From Candidatus Buchananbacteria bacterium (GTDB lineage Bacteria > Patescibacteriota > Patescibacteriia > 2-01-FULL-39-33), in the NCBI GenBank assembly GCA_041666945.1, contig JBAYFY010000001.1, positions 182,627 to 246,626 of the forward strand: 64,000 nt of DNA, written 5' to 3'. The notes under the pieces were generated by a model. It did no database searches. It worked only from the letters and a program-made list of their open reading frames with translations, and was not told the DNA's origin. Positions 40,191 to 50,388 of this stretch are shown piece after piece; the first letter of the stretch is position 1, and every line of letters begins with the position of its first letter. The translations under genes and the position numbers were made by a program.

Positions 40191-41267
40191 ATGGAGTTTA
40201 TTAAGAGATTGAAGATAATCAAGCAGTATTTGCCGGTAAGTAAATTTTATTTTTATTATTTATTAAAAAAAGATTGGCCGCTTTACGGGTTGATTTTTCA
40301 GGTGACTAATAAATGCAATTCCCGTTGCTTGATGTGTTTTAATTGGCAGGTAATCAATACGGAAACCGACGAGCTTTCTTTGGCGGAGATAGAAAAGTTT
40401 GCCAAAACCGTCGGCGCCATAAGAAGCGTTACCTTGGGCGGCGGCGAACCGTTCTTGCGATCTGATTTGCCGGAAATTTGTGAGATTTTTTACCGTTGCA
40501 GTGCCACCCGAAAGATCGCCATACCGACAAACTGCCTCCTGCCCGACCGGATAATAGAACAAACCCAAAAAATATTAGCCGCCGTACCAATCAAACTGAA
40601 AGTCGTCTTATCTCTGGACGGGATCGGCGAAGTGCATGATACGATCAGGGGAATAGCCGGAAATTTTGAACGTTTCTCGGAGACCTATGAAAAATTAATG
40701 GAATTGGCCAAAGTTAATGAGGCCTTGCAAGTCAGCGTCAACTCCACTATTTCCAATGTTAATAAGGATAATATTGCCGACATTATTGATTTTATTGATC
40801 GGCATCCCGGCATTAAGTATCATACCGCCGAAGTTATCCGCGGCTCGTTTGACCCGCAAAAAATTGCTCCGCTGGATTTAAAGCAATACGAAGATTTGCT
40901 TAATCGGGTTTTGTTTAAAAGCAAGACCTTGGCTAATGATTTTGCCAATAAGTTGTTTTACGTTTATTATCATAAGATAGCCCTGCGGATAATGAAGCAA
41001 AAAAGGCAAATTTTACCGTGCCGCTCCGCTTCCTTTTTCCCGGTTGTTGATGCTTGGGGCAATGTGTATAATTGCGAAATGCTGCCAAAAATTGGGAACT
41101 TAAGAAACGCCGATTATGATTTTAAAAAAATCTGGCAATCAGCGGCTGCCAAACGGCAACGATTGGACATTAGGAATAAAAAATGTTGGTGTACCCACTA
41201 TTGCTATCAATTGCCCAATATTATAATGAGCCCCTGGCATCTGCTCCGGGCTGTTTTGGGGATTTAA
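40191..41267 (+). CDS. Radical SAM protein with SPASM/twitch domain
   Basis: 'VTNKCNSRCLMC', 'GGEP', 'SLDGIGEVHDTIRG', 'PC...GNVYNCE...CWCTHYC'. Confidence 0.9.
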   Translation: MEFIKRLKIIKQYLPVSKFYFYYLLKKDWPLYGLIFQVTNKCNSRCLMCFNWQVINTETDELSLAEIEKFAKTVGAIRSVTLGGGEPFLRSDLPEICEIFYRCSATRKIAIPTNCLLPDRIIEQTQKILAAVPIKLKVVLSLDGIGEVHDTIRGIAGNFERFSETYEKLMELAKVNEALQVSVNSTISNVNKDNIADIIDFIDRHPGIKYHTAEVIRGSFDPQKIAPLDLKQYEDLLNRVLFKSKTLANDFANKLFYVYYHKIALRIMKQKRQILPCRSASFFPVVDAWGNVYNCEMLPKIGNLRNADYDFKKIWQSAAAKRQRLDIRNKKCWCTHYCYQLPNIIMSPWHLLRAVLGI

Positions 41268-41287
41268 ATTATAAATAATCTAAAGTT

Positions 41288-43117
41288 ATGTGGCAACAGT
41301 CAAATAATCGTTTTAACCGATTGATTATCTTAATTTTACTGCCCGTGGTTTTTTTTATGGCGGCCGCCTTTTGGTATTTCCCGGTTTTTTTCAAAGGCAG
41401 CACCGCTCAGCCCGCTGAAGCGGAAAATTTTATCTTGGCCAGGAATCTGGTCCGGACCGGGTTTTACGGCATGGAAGACAGCCGCAATATCGTTTTAGCG
41501 CCGTCCTTAGTCAGTCAGCACGCCCAGCCCAGCACCCAGGGAAATAAGTTCACTACTTGGTCTTATGCCGCCTTGTTCAAATACATCGGCCTGCCCGATT
41601 TTAATGTGTTGATAATTATTGCCGTGATTATCCAAGCGCTGGCTTTAGTTTTATTTGCCGCCGTTGTTTTTTATTTATTCGGCTGGGAAGCGGCTATAAT
41701 TTTTTCTTTGGTTTATATCCTATTGCCGTTTAATTCCCAGATGGTTCAGACAATCGGCACTTATGAATTTGCCATGTTATATTTCGCAATTTTTTCCGTT
41801 TTGTTTTTTCTGGGCCGAAAAACCAAGGGTAAATATATTTTTTTGCCTTTAGCCGGTATTTTTCTATCGCTATCTTGTTTGGCGCGGGAAGTGATGTTTT
41901 TATTCCCCCCCGTGTTTTTCTGTTGGCTTATTTTTCAACCCCAGCAACAGCCCGTTGCCGCTTCAAAGATTTTATCGTCCCTGCAGTCGGTTCGGTCATG
42001 GTTTAAAACAACCGCGACTAATCTTAAAAAAAATGTCACTAAAATTAATTTAATAAACGCCGGCCTGGTTTTTGTTCCTTTCTTCGTCATGCTGGCGGTT
42101 TTTTGGTTGCCGGCGATAGTCGGTCTTCGCGGCACCAATGATTATTTCAGGGTTTTTGTCGCTAATAAAACACAGACCGGTAATTGGTCGGAATTTAATT
42201 TTTACGGCCATCTTTTCCCCGATCCTTATACCTTTTATTTCGATCAAAAAACCGTACTGGATAAATTCAATTCAGACATTGCCAGCCGGGGAATATTGGA
42301 ACGCATTGATTTAATCAAGGTGGGAGCCAATATCGGCATCCGCCCCATTAACTTAATGGAGAGAATGATTGTGGGGTCGAATAATTTACTCGCCCATCTT
42401 TCCCGCTTTGTTGCTTTGGAGTATATCGGCGGATCGTTGTTTTTCATTTTAATGCTGTTGGGCATTAAAGAATTGAGCCGTCGCGATAAGAATTTAACCG
42501 TTCTTTTTGCCAGTTGGCTGGTGTTCTCCATCTTAATTTCCAGTTACGTTGTTTTGGCTTCGCGCGACCATTTAATGGACTGGGGTTGGGCGATTGCGCT
42601 TTTTATCAGTTTTGGTTTAACGGGTTTAGTAAAAATTATTAGCGATCGTTATGTCGCCAACAAATTCAGCCGATTAGCCGGCTGGTTAGCCATTTTCTTG
42701 CTTATTTACGGCCTGATCCAGGCGAATCATGTTTATTGGGGGCGAGGATATGATGATAACGTCAACTTAAAGATCGTCTATTTGGCAGAACAGGTTCGTT
42801 CGCGGACCGAAGCCATCAAGCCGGAGGAAACGGTAGTCGTGGGCAATAGGGCGTTGCACCCCCTGTTGAATTATTTGACGGGAGTGTCAGCGGTTTATTT
42901 TTCTCCCGAGACCGTCGGCCGTTTACTGCAAGAGCAGAAACTTCAGTCGGCATTTGAAGCTTATAACGTGAAATACGTGATTGGTTATGACAGTGAATTG
43001 GCGCAACAAATCTCTTCCAGCAGCCAAGCAATAAATATCGCTGATTGGCCCCGGGCCGGAGTAGTGGAAGCCAAAGCCAGCCCCGGGAAAATGTGGTTTC
43101 TTAATTTGATAAAATAA
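41288..43117 (+). CDS. Multi-TM membrane protein, GT-C (PMT/ArnT-like) glycosyltransferase candidate
   Basis: About 11-13 TM; acidic first loop 'PAEAENFILARNL'; 'GTYE', 'LARE', 'SRDH'; soluble C-terminal domain. Confidence 0.6.
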   Translation: MWQQSNNRFNRLIILILLPVVFFMAAAFWYFPVFFKGSTAQPAEAENFILARNLVRTGFYGMEDSRNIVLAPSLVSQHAQPSTQGNKFTTWSYAALFKYIGLPDFNVLIIIAVIIQALALVLFAAVVFYLFGWEAAIIFSLVYILLPFNSQMVQTIGTYEFAMLYFAIFSVLFFLGRKTKGKYIFLPLAGIFLSLSCLAREVMFLFPPVFFCWLIFQPQQQPVAASKILSSLQSVRSWFKTTATNLKKNVTKINLINAGLVFVPFFVMLAVFWLPAIVGLRGTNDYFRVFVANKTQTGNWSEFNFYGHLFPDPYTFYFDQKTVLDKFNSDIASRGILERIDLIKVGANIGIRPINLMERMIVGSNNLLAHLSRFVALEYIGGSLFFILMLLGIKELSRRDKNLTVLFASWLVFSILISSYVVLASRDHLMDWGWAIALFISFGLTGLVKIISDRYVANKFSRLAGWLAIFLLIYGLIQANHVYWGRGYDDNVNLKIVYLAEQVRSRTEAIKPEETVVVGNRALHPLLNYLTGVSAVYFSPETVGRLLQEQKLQSAFEAYNVKYVIGYDSELAQQISSSSQAINIADWPRAGVVEAKASPGKMWFLNLIK

Positions 43118-44091
43118 TGATAAAAATTGGAACCAGGTGGAAAAAAATAATTTCTTTAATCATAACTTTGGCTTTAGTGGCCCTGCTTTTAACGCAGATT
43201 GATTTTACCCAAGCCAAAGATATTATTTTAAAAATATCGTGGCCCTACCTTTTAATCGCGTTTATTTTTTATTTTGTTGGCGTTTGTTTGCGGGCTTGGA
43301 GATGGCAAATTTTGATTCTTTCCAAGAAAGTTGGTTTTTTAAATTCTTTAAAAATCACTTTAGGTTATACTTTTTTCTGCAACTTGCTGCCCTTTAGAAG
43401 CGGCGAGTTAAGTTTTGTTTATTTTATAAAAAAACGCGAAAACATAGCCGTGGCTGAAGGCCTTAGTGTCTTGTTGATAGCCAGATTTTTTGATCTTTTA
43501 GCGGTGGCCGTTTCGTTTTTAGCCGGTTTTATTTTGCTTAATCCCGGCTATATTCCGCCCAATAAGATTTATTTAAGCTGCATTGTATTGGGTTTAGGCA
43601 CGATTGCCGTTTTATTTTACCTTGATCAACTGATTAAAGCGGCTATCGTTTTAATGGACAAGGCAGGATTGACTAAGTTTAAATTCGGTGCTAAGCTAAT
43701 CATCAAATTGAAAGAAGCTATAACCAGTATCAAAGCAATTCGCTCCCTGCCCGTTTATTTGATTAATTTATTGATTTCATTTTTATGGTTAGCGTCCGCC
43801 TCTTTAATGGTTATAGCATTCTTTCGTTCCTTAAATATCGATTTTGGCTGGTTAAAGGTAACCTTGGGGCTTATTTTCAGCCAGTTGATAAGCTTTCTGC
43901 CCGTTCAAGGACTGTGGGATTTCGGCACTTATGAAACCGGCTGGGCCATTGGTTTTGGCTTATTGGGCTTGAATAAGGAAGCAGCGATTATTTCCGGTTT
44001 TATGGTGCACTTATTCAGCTTGGCCTATCTTTTAATTTTGATTATTATCTTTTTACCCGTCAGAAGTATTTTAAAAAAGACCAATTTATGA
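43117..44091 (+). CDS. Lysylphosphatidylglycerol synthase TM-like (flippase-like, AglD2-type) membrane protein
   Basis: 'LRAWRW', 'NLLPFRSGE', 'ARFFD', 'PVQGLWDFGTYE'. Confidence 0.85.
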   Translation: MIKIGTRWKKIISLIITLALVALLLTQIDFTQAKDIILKISWPYLLIAFIFYFVGVCLRAWRWQILILSKKVGFLNSLKITLGYTFFCNLLPFRSGELSFVYFIKKRENIAVAEGLSVLLIARFFDLLAVAVSFLAGFILLNPGYIPPNKIYLSCIVLGLGTIAVLFYLDQLIKAAIVLMDKAGLTKFKFGAKLIIKLKEAITSIKAIRSLPVYLINLLISFLWLASASLMVIAFFRSLNIDFGWLKVTLGLIFSQLISFLPVQGLWDFGTYETGWAIGFGLLGLNKEAAIISGFMVHLFSLAYLLILIIIFLPVRSILKKTNL

Positions 44092-45515
44092 AATATAAAC
44101 TCTTATTGATCAATCCTCCTTTCACTAATTATGACGGCATTGAAGGTCAGGGCGGCAAAACCGCCCCGCTTAATCTGGCTTATCTGGCGGCTTATTTGCG
44201 CCAATACGAAAAGGATGTGGAAATAACCATTCTTGACTGCGAAGCGCTGGAAATGTCTTACGACCAGATAGATGAAAAAATTAAGGGGATTGGGCCGCAT
44301 TTTGTCGCTTTAACATTTCCTACCCCGGTTTATAAGCAGCTTAAGGAGATTACGCGGCGAATAAAAGCCATTGATCAGAATATAAAAATTATTGTCGGCG
44401 GACCACATCCGACGATTGCCGCCCAAGAAACAATGCAAGACATGCCGGCGATAGATTTTTCCGTTTTAGGCGAAGGAGAAGTCACTTTTTTAGAGCTTAT
44501 CCGCGCCCTCATCGCCGGGCAAACCTACTTCAAGGATATTAAGGGTATTGCTTATCGCGACAATGGCGCGGTGCTGGTAACGGAATATCGCCCGCTGATT
44601 GATAATTTGGATACCATACCCTTTCCGGCTCGCGATTTATTGCCGATTGAAAAATATTATTTGCCGCCCACAAGGACAACGGATTCGGGGCAGGCGATAA
44701 ATATTATTTCCGGCCGCGGTTGTCCTTATTGCTGCACTTTTTGCATGGCGGAATCGGTTTGGAAAAGAAAATATCGCACCAGAAGCGTAGATAATGTTCT
44801 GGGTGAGATTGAAGAATGCGTTAGGAATTATCAGGCAACCTCCTTTAATTTCCATGATGAGCTTTTTACCGCCAATAAAGAAAGAGTGAGAAGATTTTGC
44901 GAAGAGATTATTAGGCGAAAACTTGATATTTCTTGGGTAGTCATGGCCCGGGTTGATTCGGTAAACGACGAAATACTAAAATTAATGCGACAGGCCGGCT
45001 GCAAAAGAATCGGCTTCGGATTTGAATCAGGTTCACAGAAGATTTTAGACAAAATGCGCAAGGGCGCTACTTTGGAGCAGGCCAGACAGGCCGTTGCTTT
45101 ATGCCGCAAGAATGACATTTTAGTTTCCGGAGCGTTTATCATCGGCTATATTGACGAGGACCCGGAAACAGTTAACCAGACGATTGATTTCGCCTGCAGT
45201 TTGGATTTGGATACGGCGGCTTTCTTCGTGGCCATTCCTTATCCCGGGACCAAACTCTACGAAGAGGCCAAAGCCCGGGGGTATATCAGGAAAGATTTTG
45301 ATTGGAGCGATTTTTGCTCGGTTTCCAATCATATACCGCCGATGGATCTGCCCGGTTTAAGCAGCGACACTCTATTGAAACTGAAGCGCCGGGCCTTTAT
45401 CAAATTTTATTTGCGGCCGAAATATATTATTTATCGGCTAAAAAAAATAAAGTCCTTGGCAGATTTGAAGGATATCTTGCTAGGACTTAATATTTTTAAA
45501 AACGTTCTCAAATAA
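44088..45515 (+). CDS. B12-binding domain radical SAM protein #9
   Basis: 'PLNLAYLAAY', 'GGPHPT', 'GEGE', 'SGRGCPYCCTFC', 'GFESGS', 'PYPGT'. Confidence 0.92.
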   Translation: MKYKLLLINPPFTNYDGIEGQGGKTAPLNLAYLAAYLRQYEKDVEITILDCEALEMSYDQIDEKIKGIGPHFVALTFPTPVYKQLKEITRRIKAIDQNIKIIVGGPHPTIAAQETMQDMPAIDFSVLGEGEVTFLELIRALIAGQTYFKDIKGIAYRDNGAVLVTEYRPLIDNLDTIPFPARDLLPIEKYYLPPTRTTDSGQAINIISGRGCPYCCTFCMAESVWKRKYRTRSVDNVLGEIEECVRNYQATSFNFHDELFTANKERVRRFCEEIIRRKLDISWVVMARVDSVNDEILKLMRQAGCKRIGFGFESGSQKILDKMRKGATLEQARQAVALCRKNDILVSGAFIIGYIDEDPETVNQTIDFACSLDLDTAAFFVAIPYPGTKLYEEAKARGYIRKDFDWSDFCSVSNHIPPMDLPGLSSDTLLKLKRRAFIKFYLRPKYIIYRLKKIKSLADLKDILLGLNIFKNVLK

Positions 45516-45528
45516 GATCAGATAAGAT

Positions 45529-46947
45529 TCAGAATTTCAGAACTTGCCAGCCGGCTTTGGCCTTCCTGGCCAATTCATCCCAAGATCTGACGGCGAGAAG
45601 CTTTTTGATGATGTATTTGGGGCGGCGATAGAAAGAGGCGTAGAATTTTCTCATTAGCGCCAGTAATTCGTCACGGGTAAAATTCTCCGTCCATAATGGC
45701 GGGATGAATTGCGCCGCAGGGTTGGCGGCGAATTCTCGCCAAACGTCGGTTTTTATTATGCCCTTTTCCAGCGCGAGAGCGTATAATTGAGTGCCGGGGA
45801 AAGGGGTGGTGATAGAGACGTTAATGTAATCCGGATCGAGTTTTTTGGCGAATTTTATGGTTTGCTTGATGTCATCAAGCGTTTCCGAGGGGTTGCCAAT
45901 CATAAAGTAGGCGAGGGTTTCAATACCCTCTTTTTTTGTCCAGCGGATCGCTTTTTCCACCATTTCCAGAGTGATGTCTTTCTTGAGCGCGTCAAGAATT
46001 TTTTGGGTTCCTGCTTCAACGCCGAAATGAATTCTTTGGCAACCGGCCATTTTAAGCAGATGGAGCAGTTCCTCATCAACCGTATTGACGCGAGCACGGA
46101 TATCCCAATTGATTTTTAATTTCCTGTTGATTATTTCGCGGCAGATATCTACTGTTCTTTGGCGATTAATGGTGAAAGTGTCGTCGTAAATGAATATTTC
46201 CTCAATGCCCATTTTTTTGATTTCTGCCATTTCATCAACAACGTTATTAGCGCTGCGGGCGCGGAAAACCTTGCCTAAATGCGGACGGTCGCAAAACAAG
46301 CAGCGGTAAGGGCAGCCGCGTGAAGTAAACATCGTGGTAACCGGCGATTTTTGCGCGATAATGGAAAAATATTTATCGTATTTTGTCAGCTGGCGAGCCG
46401 GAAAGGGCAATTCGTCCAAATTATTGATCAGTCCGCAATGCCCGGTGTTGATAATTTGCCCGTTAGATTTAAAAACTATGCCGGGGATAGTTTTTAATTT
46501 TTCCCGGTCATTGATATTATCAATTAATTCTTTGAACGGTTTTTCGCCTTCCCCCAAAATAATAAAATCCACGCCCGGCAAATTAATTGTTTCATCCGGG
46601 TATAAATTAGGATGAGCGCCGCCTAAAACAATCGGGGTATCGGGCAATGCCGCTTTGATTGATTTAATAATGGCCATAACGTCCAGAAGGACGAAGGTTA
46701 AAGCGGTTATCCCGATTATGTCCGGCTGGAATTCTTTGGCCAGGCGGCCGATCTCATCGTAACTTATGTTTTCTACGCCGCAATCCGCGATTTTAATCTC
46801 GCAGTCGTTGAATTTTTTTAAATAAGCGGCTAAGTAGAGGATCCCCAATGATGGCAGATAATCAATTTCTTTGTCGTAGATTTCCGGCTGATTGGCAGCA
46901 ATCGGCTGAAATTGAGCGGGGTTAATCAGTAATATTTTCTTGGTCAT
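45529..46947 (-). CDS. B12-binding domain radical SAM protein #10
   Basis: 'PSLGILYLAAY', 'GGAHPN', 'GEGE', 'TSRGCPYRCLFC', 'GVEAGT', 'PFPGT'. Confidence 0.92.
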   Translation of the reverse strand: MTKKILLINPAQFQPIAANQPEIYDKEIDYLPSLGILYLAAYLKKFNDCEIKIADCGVENISYDEIGRLAKEFQPDIIGITALTFVLLDVMAIIKSIKAALPDTPIVLGGAHPNLYPDETINLPGVDFIILGEGEKPFKELIDNINDREKLKTIPGIVFKSNGQIINTGHCGLINNLDELPFPARQLTKYDKYFSIIAQKSPVTTMFTSRGCPYRCLFCDRPHLGKVFRARSANNVVDEMAEIKKMGIEEIFIYDDTFTINRQRTVDICREIINRKLKINWDIRARVNTVDEELLHLLKMAGCQRIHFGVEAGTQKILDALKKDITLEMVEKAIRWTKKEGIETLAYFMIGNPSETLDDIKQTIKFAKKLDPDYINVSITTPFPGTQLYALALEKGIIKTDVWREFAANPAAQFIPPLWTENFTRDELLALMRKFYASFYRRPKYIIKKLLAVRSWDELARKAKAGWQVLKF

Positions 46948-46951
46948 AATT

Positions 46952-47953
46952 TTAGGGCAGATATTTCCTTAATTTGGGCCCGATTAAGGCAGTGATATTC
47001 AAGGGCAATAAGCGGTAGATTTTTGACGCATAACGCAAACAGGATTTTTGAGGCGTTTTAATTGTTTTTTGATCGGATGAGATAAGATAATAGGGCAGAG
47101 TGATGTTGCGGCAATTCCATTGGCTTTTGAATTTGGCCACGGGGGAGCCAATTTGCGATCGGCCGAGATCTATCTTTTTGATTTCCGGCCGGCAAGATTC
47201 CGCCATTATTCGCCAATATAAGTAATCGTTAAAATTAAAAGATTTTAGCTTGCGGTCAGAAGCGGCCCAGGGTATATGCAACGTGTTTTTATAAACAAAG
47301 GTTAAAGCGGCGGCGGCTATCTTATCGTTGTATTTAACGGCGCAGATAGCGCCGTCAAATTGTTTCAATATATCCGCAAAAAAACCGATTTTATGCGCCG
47401 GCGTGCCGTGTCGTTTCATTGATTTAAGATAAAGCAGATAGAAATCCGGCAGTAATTCCTTTTGTTTTAAATATTCCGGGTTGTACTTTTCCGCCTTGCG
47501 CACTTGGTTCCTGGCTTTTTTATCAATCCTTTTCCATAAATCATCCGCCGTAACTCCCAAATCTATCAATGAACATATGTTATCAATGTTCGGCGATGCT
47601 TGGCCCAGGCCCGTTTCTCTTGACTGGCGTAATTCGTACTTTTCTCCCTGATTCAGGGATCGGTTGATTAAATAATCATTAAATTCCTTTTTAGCCGATT
47701 CAGCGCCGACAAATCCCGCCCAATCGGTAAAGGGTAGCGAGATGAAATTTTTTTTGCCGGTTTTAAATAATGGCAAAATTCCGGTGATTGAATCCCGGTT
47801 ATCAATATTAATCAAATAATGATCTGCCAGGCCGTAATTGTCCCGGATAATTTTTCGCATTCCAATACTATGGGAGAAATTTGCTTGCTCCTGGGCGGTT
47901 AAGAAATCTTCCCAAGCTTGTTCCCGGTCTTTTGTTAATTCTTTAATGGCCAT
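46952..47953 (-). CDS. FemAB-related GNAT acyl/aminoacyl transferase
   Basis: 'GILPL', 'SLPF', 'RNQVRKAEK', 'HGTP', 'DLGRS', 'FKSQW', 'GPKLRKYLP'. Confidence 0.82.
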   Translation of the reverse strand: MAIKELTKDREQAWEDFLTAQEQANFSHSIGMRKIIRDNYGLADHYLINIDNRDSITGILPLFKTGKKNFISLPFTDWAGFVGAESAKKEFNDYLINRSLNQGEKYELRQSRETGLGQASPNIDNICSLIDLGVTADDLWKRIDKKARNQVRKAEKYNPEYLKQKELLPDFYLLYLKSMKRHGTPAHKIGFFADILKQFDGAICAVKYNDKIAAAALTFVYKNTLHIPWAASDRKLKSFNFNDYLYWRIMAESCRPEIKKIDLGRSQIGSPVAKFKSQWNCRNITLPYYLISSDQKTIKTPQKSCLRYASKIYRLLPLNITALIGPKLRKYLP

Positions 47954-48785
47954 GGCGCATTCTATATTGTTCTATGCTTTCAATGGAAAAATCGTCCAGC
48001 AATCGATTAAATTTATCCCAACCCCTTTTAACGCCGAAATACTTAAGGGTTTTTCGCCAACGGGGGATTTTTATATCCGGTATTGATTCGTCCAAATCCA
48101 TCAGATGGAAATAAAGCACAATCAATTCGTTTTTTGCGGCCTTTCTTTTCAGAAGATAGGAGAAAATCCTATAGGGCAACAAACGGAAATAAAAACCGCC
48201 CGATATCGGCCAGTTTATTCCGGCCTGGCGGAAGGTGGAAACAGGGTATTCCAGAAACGGTCCGGCAGTCAGCGGCGGATAGGGTTTAGTCGGCAGCGGT
48301 TTTGTCGGATCAGAAGAAAAGGCGAAATAACTTGAATCATAGATGAAATCGTTTTTTTCTAAAATTTCCCAGGCCCATTTGTTATCCTGATTGATTGAAA
48401 AATTAGGCGCTCTGAATCCCTTAGGTTCTTCACCGATCACGCGCAAAAATATCTCTTTTGATTTGTTAAGATCATTCTCAAATTCAGCGGGGCTTAAGCG
48501 ATTAATCGGCGTATGATTGAGGCCATGCAAGCCGATTTCGTGGCCGACGGCCTTAATCGCCTTCAGTAAATCGGGGAAGCGATCCATCAGCTCGGCTAAG
48601 ACAAAGAAAGTCGCGTTGGCACCGGCAGAATCGCCCAGCCGGGATAAAATTTTTTCCAAAAGAACCGTATTGAGCGGCGGGGTGTCAGCTTGATTTCCGG
48701 ACAGGTATTTTTCCAGGAATTTGCTTGAGTGCCAGTACTCCAAATCGAAAGAAAGGATAATTTTAGGTTTATTGACATCAGTCAT
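47943..48785 (-). CDS. Polysaccharide deacetylase (DUF3473-type)
   Basis: 'SFDLEYW', 'ATFFVL', 'GHEIGLHGLNH', 'GFRAPNFS', 'YDSS', 'GGFYFRLLPY', 'YFH'. Confidence 0.88.
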   Translation of the reverse strand: MTDVNKPKIILSFDLEYWHSSKFLEKYLSGNQADTPPLNTVLLEKILSRLGDSAGANATFFVLAELMDRFPDLLKAIKAVGHEIGLHGLNHTPINRLSPAEFENDLNKSKEIFLRVIGEEPKGFRAPNFSINQDNKWAWEILEKNDFIYDSSYFAFSSDPTKPLPTKPYPPLTAGPFLEYPVSTFRQAGINWPISGGFYFRLLPYRIFSYLLKRKAAKNELIVLYFHLMDLDESIPDIKIPRWRKTLKYFGVKRGWDKFNRLLDDFSIESIEQYRMRHGH

Positions 48786-49473
48786 GCGGATTGTTTAATG
48801 ATGATTTTTCAAATAAGACGTTCGCGTCCAAACCCAAAAGAGAGCTTAAGTTGGTTTGATCCAGATAACGCATAACCGGAAAAGCCCACAATGGCGTTTT
48901 ATTGGGCGGAATCATGGCATCAATGAAAGTTTTTGCCGGCCGCAAGCCGGCCGCTTCGCCCAGGCCCTTAAGATAGGTTAATGAAAAGTCCAGTCCGCCT
49001 AATTCTTCCCGATTTAACAGGGAGAATGCCATTACAGCTGGATTCTTGCCGTTCGGTTCGCATAAAAACACATGCTTTTTTGCCACCCTGGTCATTTCTT
49101 TTACGGCCTTAGTCCTATCTTCTTTATTCATGTGATGAAGCAACGCGCTGCAGGTGACCAGATCAAAAGAATCATCCGGAAACGGTATTTCAGTTACCGA
49201 GGCGACCATTTTTCGCGGATTGGGATTATTGTCAATCATTTCTTTTGAGTAATCAATTCCCAGACAGTCCACCCCAAAGACATTGGTTAGAGCTTTTTGA
49301 AAAAAACCATTGCCGCAGCCGCAGTCAATAATACTGCCGATATTATCCGGCAGCAGATTTTTTAATTTTTTTGCTTTGTCTTGGAAAATGTAACTTACAA
49401 TCGGATGTTCTGGAGAACGGCGGGAAGATTTGTTTTGATTCCAGAATTTTTCTTGCAGATCTTCAGTTGGCAT
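48778..49473 (-). CDS. Class I SAM-dependent methyltransferase
   Basis: 'IIDCGCGNG', 'PFPDDSFDLV', 'LLHH', 'EPN'. Confidence 0.88.
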   Translation of the reverse strand: MPTEDLQEKFWNQNKSSRRSPEHPIVSYIFQDKAKKLKNLLPDNIGSIIDCGCGNGFFQKALTNVFGVDCLGIDYSKEMIDNNPNPRKMVASVTEIPFPDDSFDLVTCSALLHHMNKEDRTKAVKEMTRVAKKHVFLCEPNGKNPAVMAFSLLNREELGGLDFSLTYLKGLGEAAGLRPAKTFIDAMIPPNKTPLWAFPVMRYLDQTNLSSLLGLDANVLFEKSSLNNPHD

Positions 49474-49487
49474 AAAAATTTAATGTT

Positions 49488-50366
49488 TCATTGGCGATTA
49501 TTAATCTCTCTTCTTAGGGCGGAAATCTGATCGGCAATCAAGCCGAAAAAGAAAATCAGTATTGAAGATAACGATATTAATACCGTGCTGGCGCTGATTC
49601 TGCCTTGATTAAGAATATCAAAGATCAATAAACTTCCGCCCAAGAGGAACAATAGCAAGCCAATGGGCAAAAATATTCTTAAGGGCGAGAAAAGCATGAT
49701 TAAACGCAGAATTAAAAATAAGTAAGTTATAAATTCCCTCGGTTTAACCATGCTTTGCCCGCTTTCTCTTTTGTTTATTTGAATGGGTATGAATTTAACA
49801 TTCAGGCCTTCACGCAAAAAGGCGAACAGGGTGGTGGTTGAGCAAGAAAAGCCATTAGGCAAAATATGAGTGAATCTTAAGAATTCTTTCTTCTTTATCA
49901 ACCTTAAACCGCAATTGAAATCGGCTATCTTTTTACCCAATAAATAAATGGCCAGCAAGTGGATTAATTTTTTACCCGGTTGGCGAATCCAGGGTCCTTG
50001 ATAGCCCATTCGTTCGCCCGATATCAAATCGAAATTTTCCGTATAAACCAGCATTCTTTTGATGTCTTCGGCCTGATGCTGGCCGTCAGCGTCAAAAAAC
50101 ACCAGCCAGTCATATTGAGCGTTCTTGGCCCCGGTTTTTAAACTGGCGCCATAGCCCTTATTGTAAGGATGATTAATCGTCTTTATCCTGTCATCTTGCT
50201 TTAATATTTCTCCGCTCTGATCCGTTGAACCGTCGTTAACGACAATAATTTCGTGGATTATTTGATTTCCAATCAATTCTTTGGTTAAGGAATCAATAAC
50301 CTTGGGCAGGGCTTCGCCGTCGTTAAAATTAGGAATGATTATTGATAATGCCGGAAATGTATTCAT
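49488..50366 (-). CDS. Glycosyltransferase family 2 with two C-terminal TMs (GtrB/ArnC-like)
   Basis: 'SIIIPNFND', 'NDGSTD', 'NKGYGASLKTG', 'DADGQH', 'DFNCGLR'. ATG at 50366 preferred over ORF-track 50414. Confidence 0.9.
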   Translation of the reverse strand: MNTFPALSIIIPNFNDGEALPKVIDSLTKELIGNQIIHEIIVVNDGSTDQSGEILKQDDRIKTINHPYNKGYGASLKTGAKNAQYDWLVFFDADGQHQAEDIKRMLVYTENFDLISGERMGYQGPWIRQPGKKLIHLLAIYLLGKKIADFNCGLRLIKKKEFLRFTHILPNGFSCSTTTLFAFLREGLNVKFIPIQINKRESGQSMVKPREFITYLFLILRLIMLFSPLRIFLPIGLLLFLLGGSLLIFDILNQGRISASTVLISLSSILIFFFGLIADQISALRREINNRQ

Positions 50367-50388
50367 AATTATCGCTATTATTTGGTCT

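Noticed and set aside
11682-46947. RiPP (proteusin-like) or antibiotic cluster explaining the many radical SAMs
   Set aside because: No credible precursor peptide, peptidase, NRPS or PKS was found. All neighbours are glycan assembly or export genes.
11682-46947. BchE (bacteriochlorophyll), hopanoid (HpnP/HpnJ) or phosphonate pathway annotation
   Set aside because: No bch genes, squalene-hopene cyclase or PEP mutase appear in the window; the similarity is only at family level.
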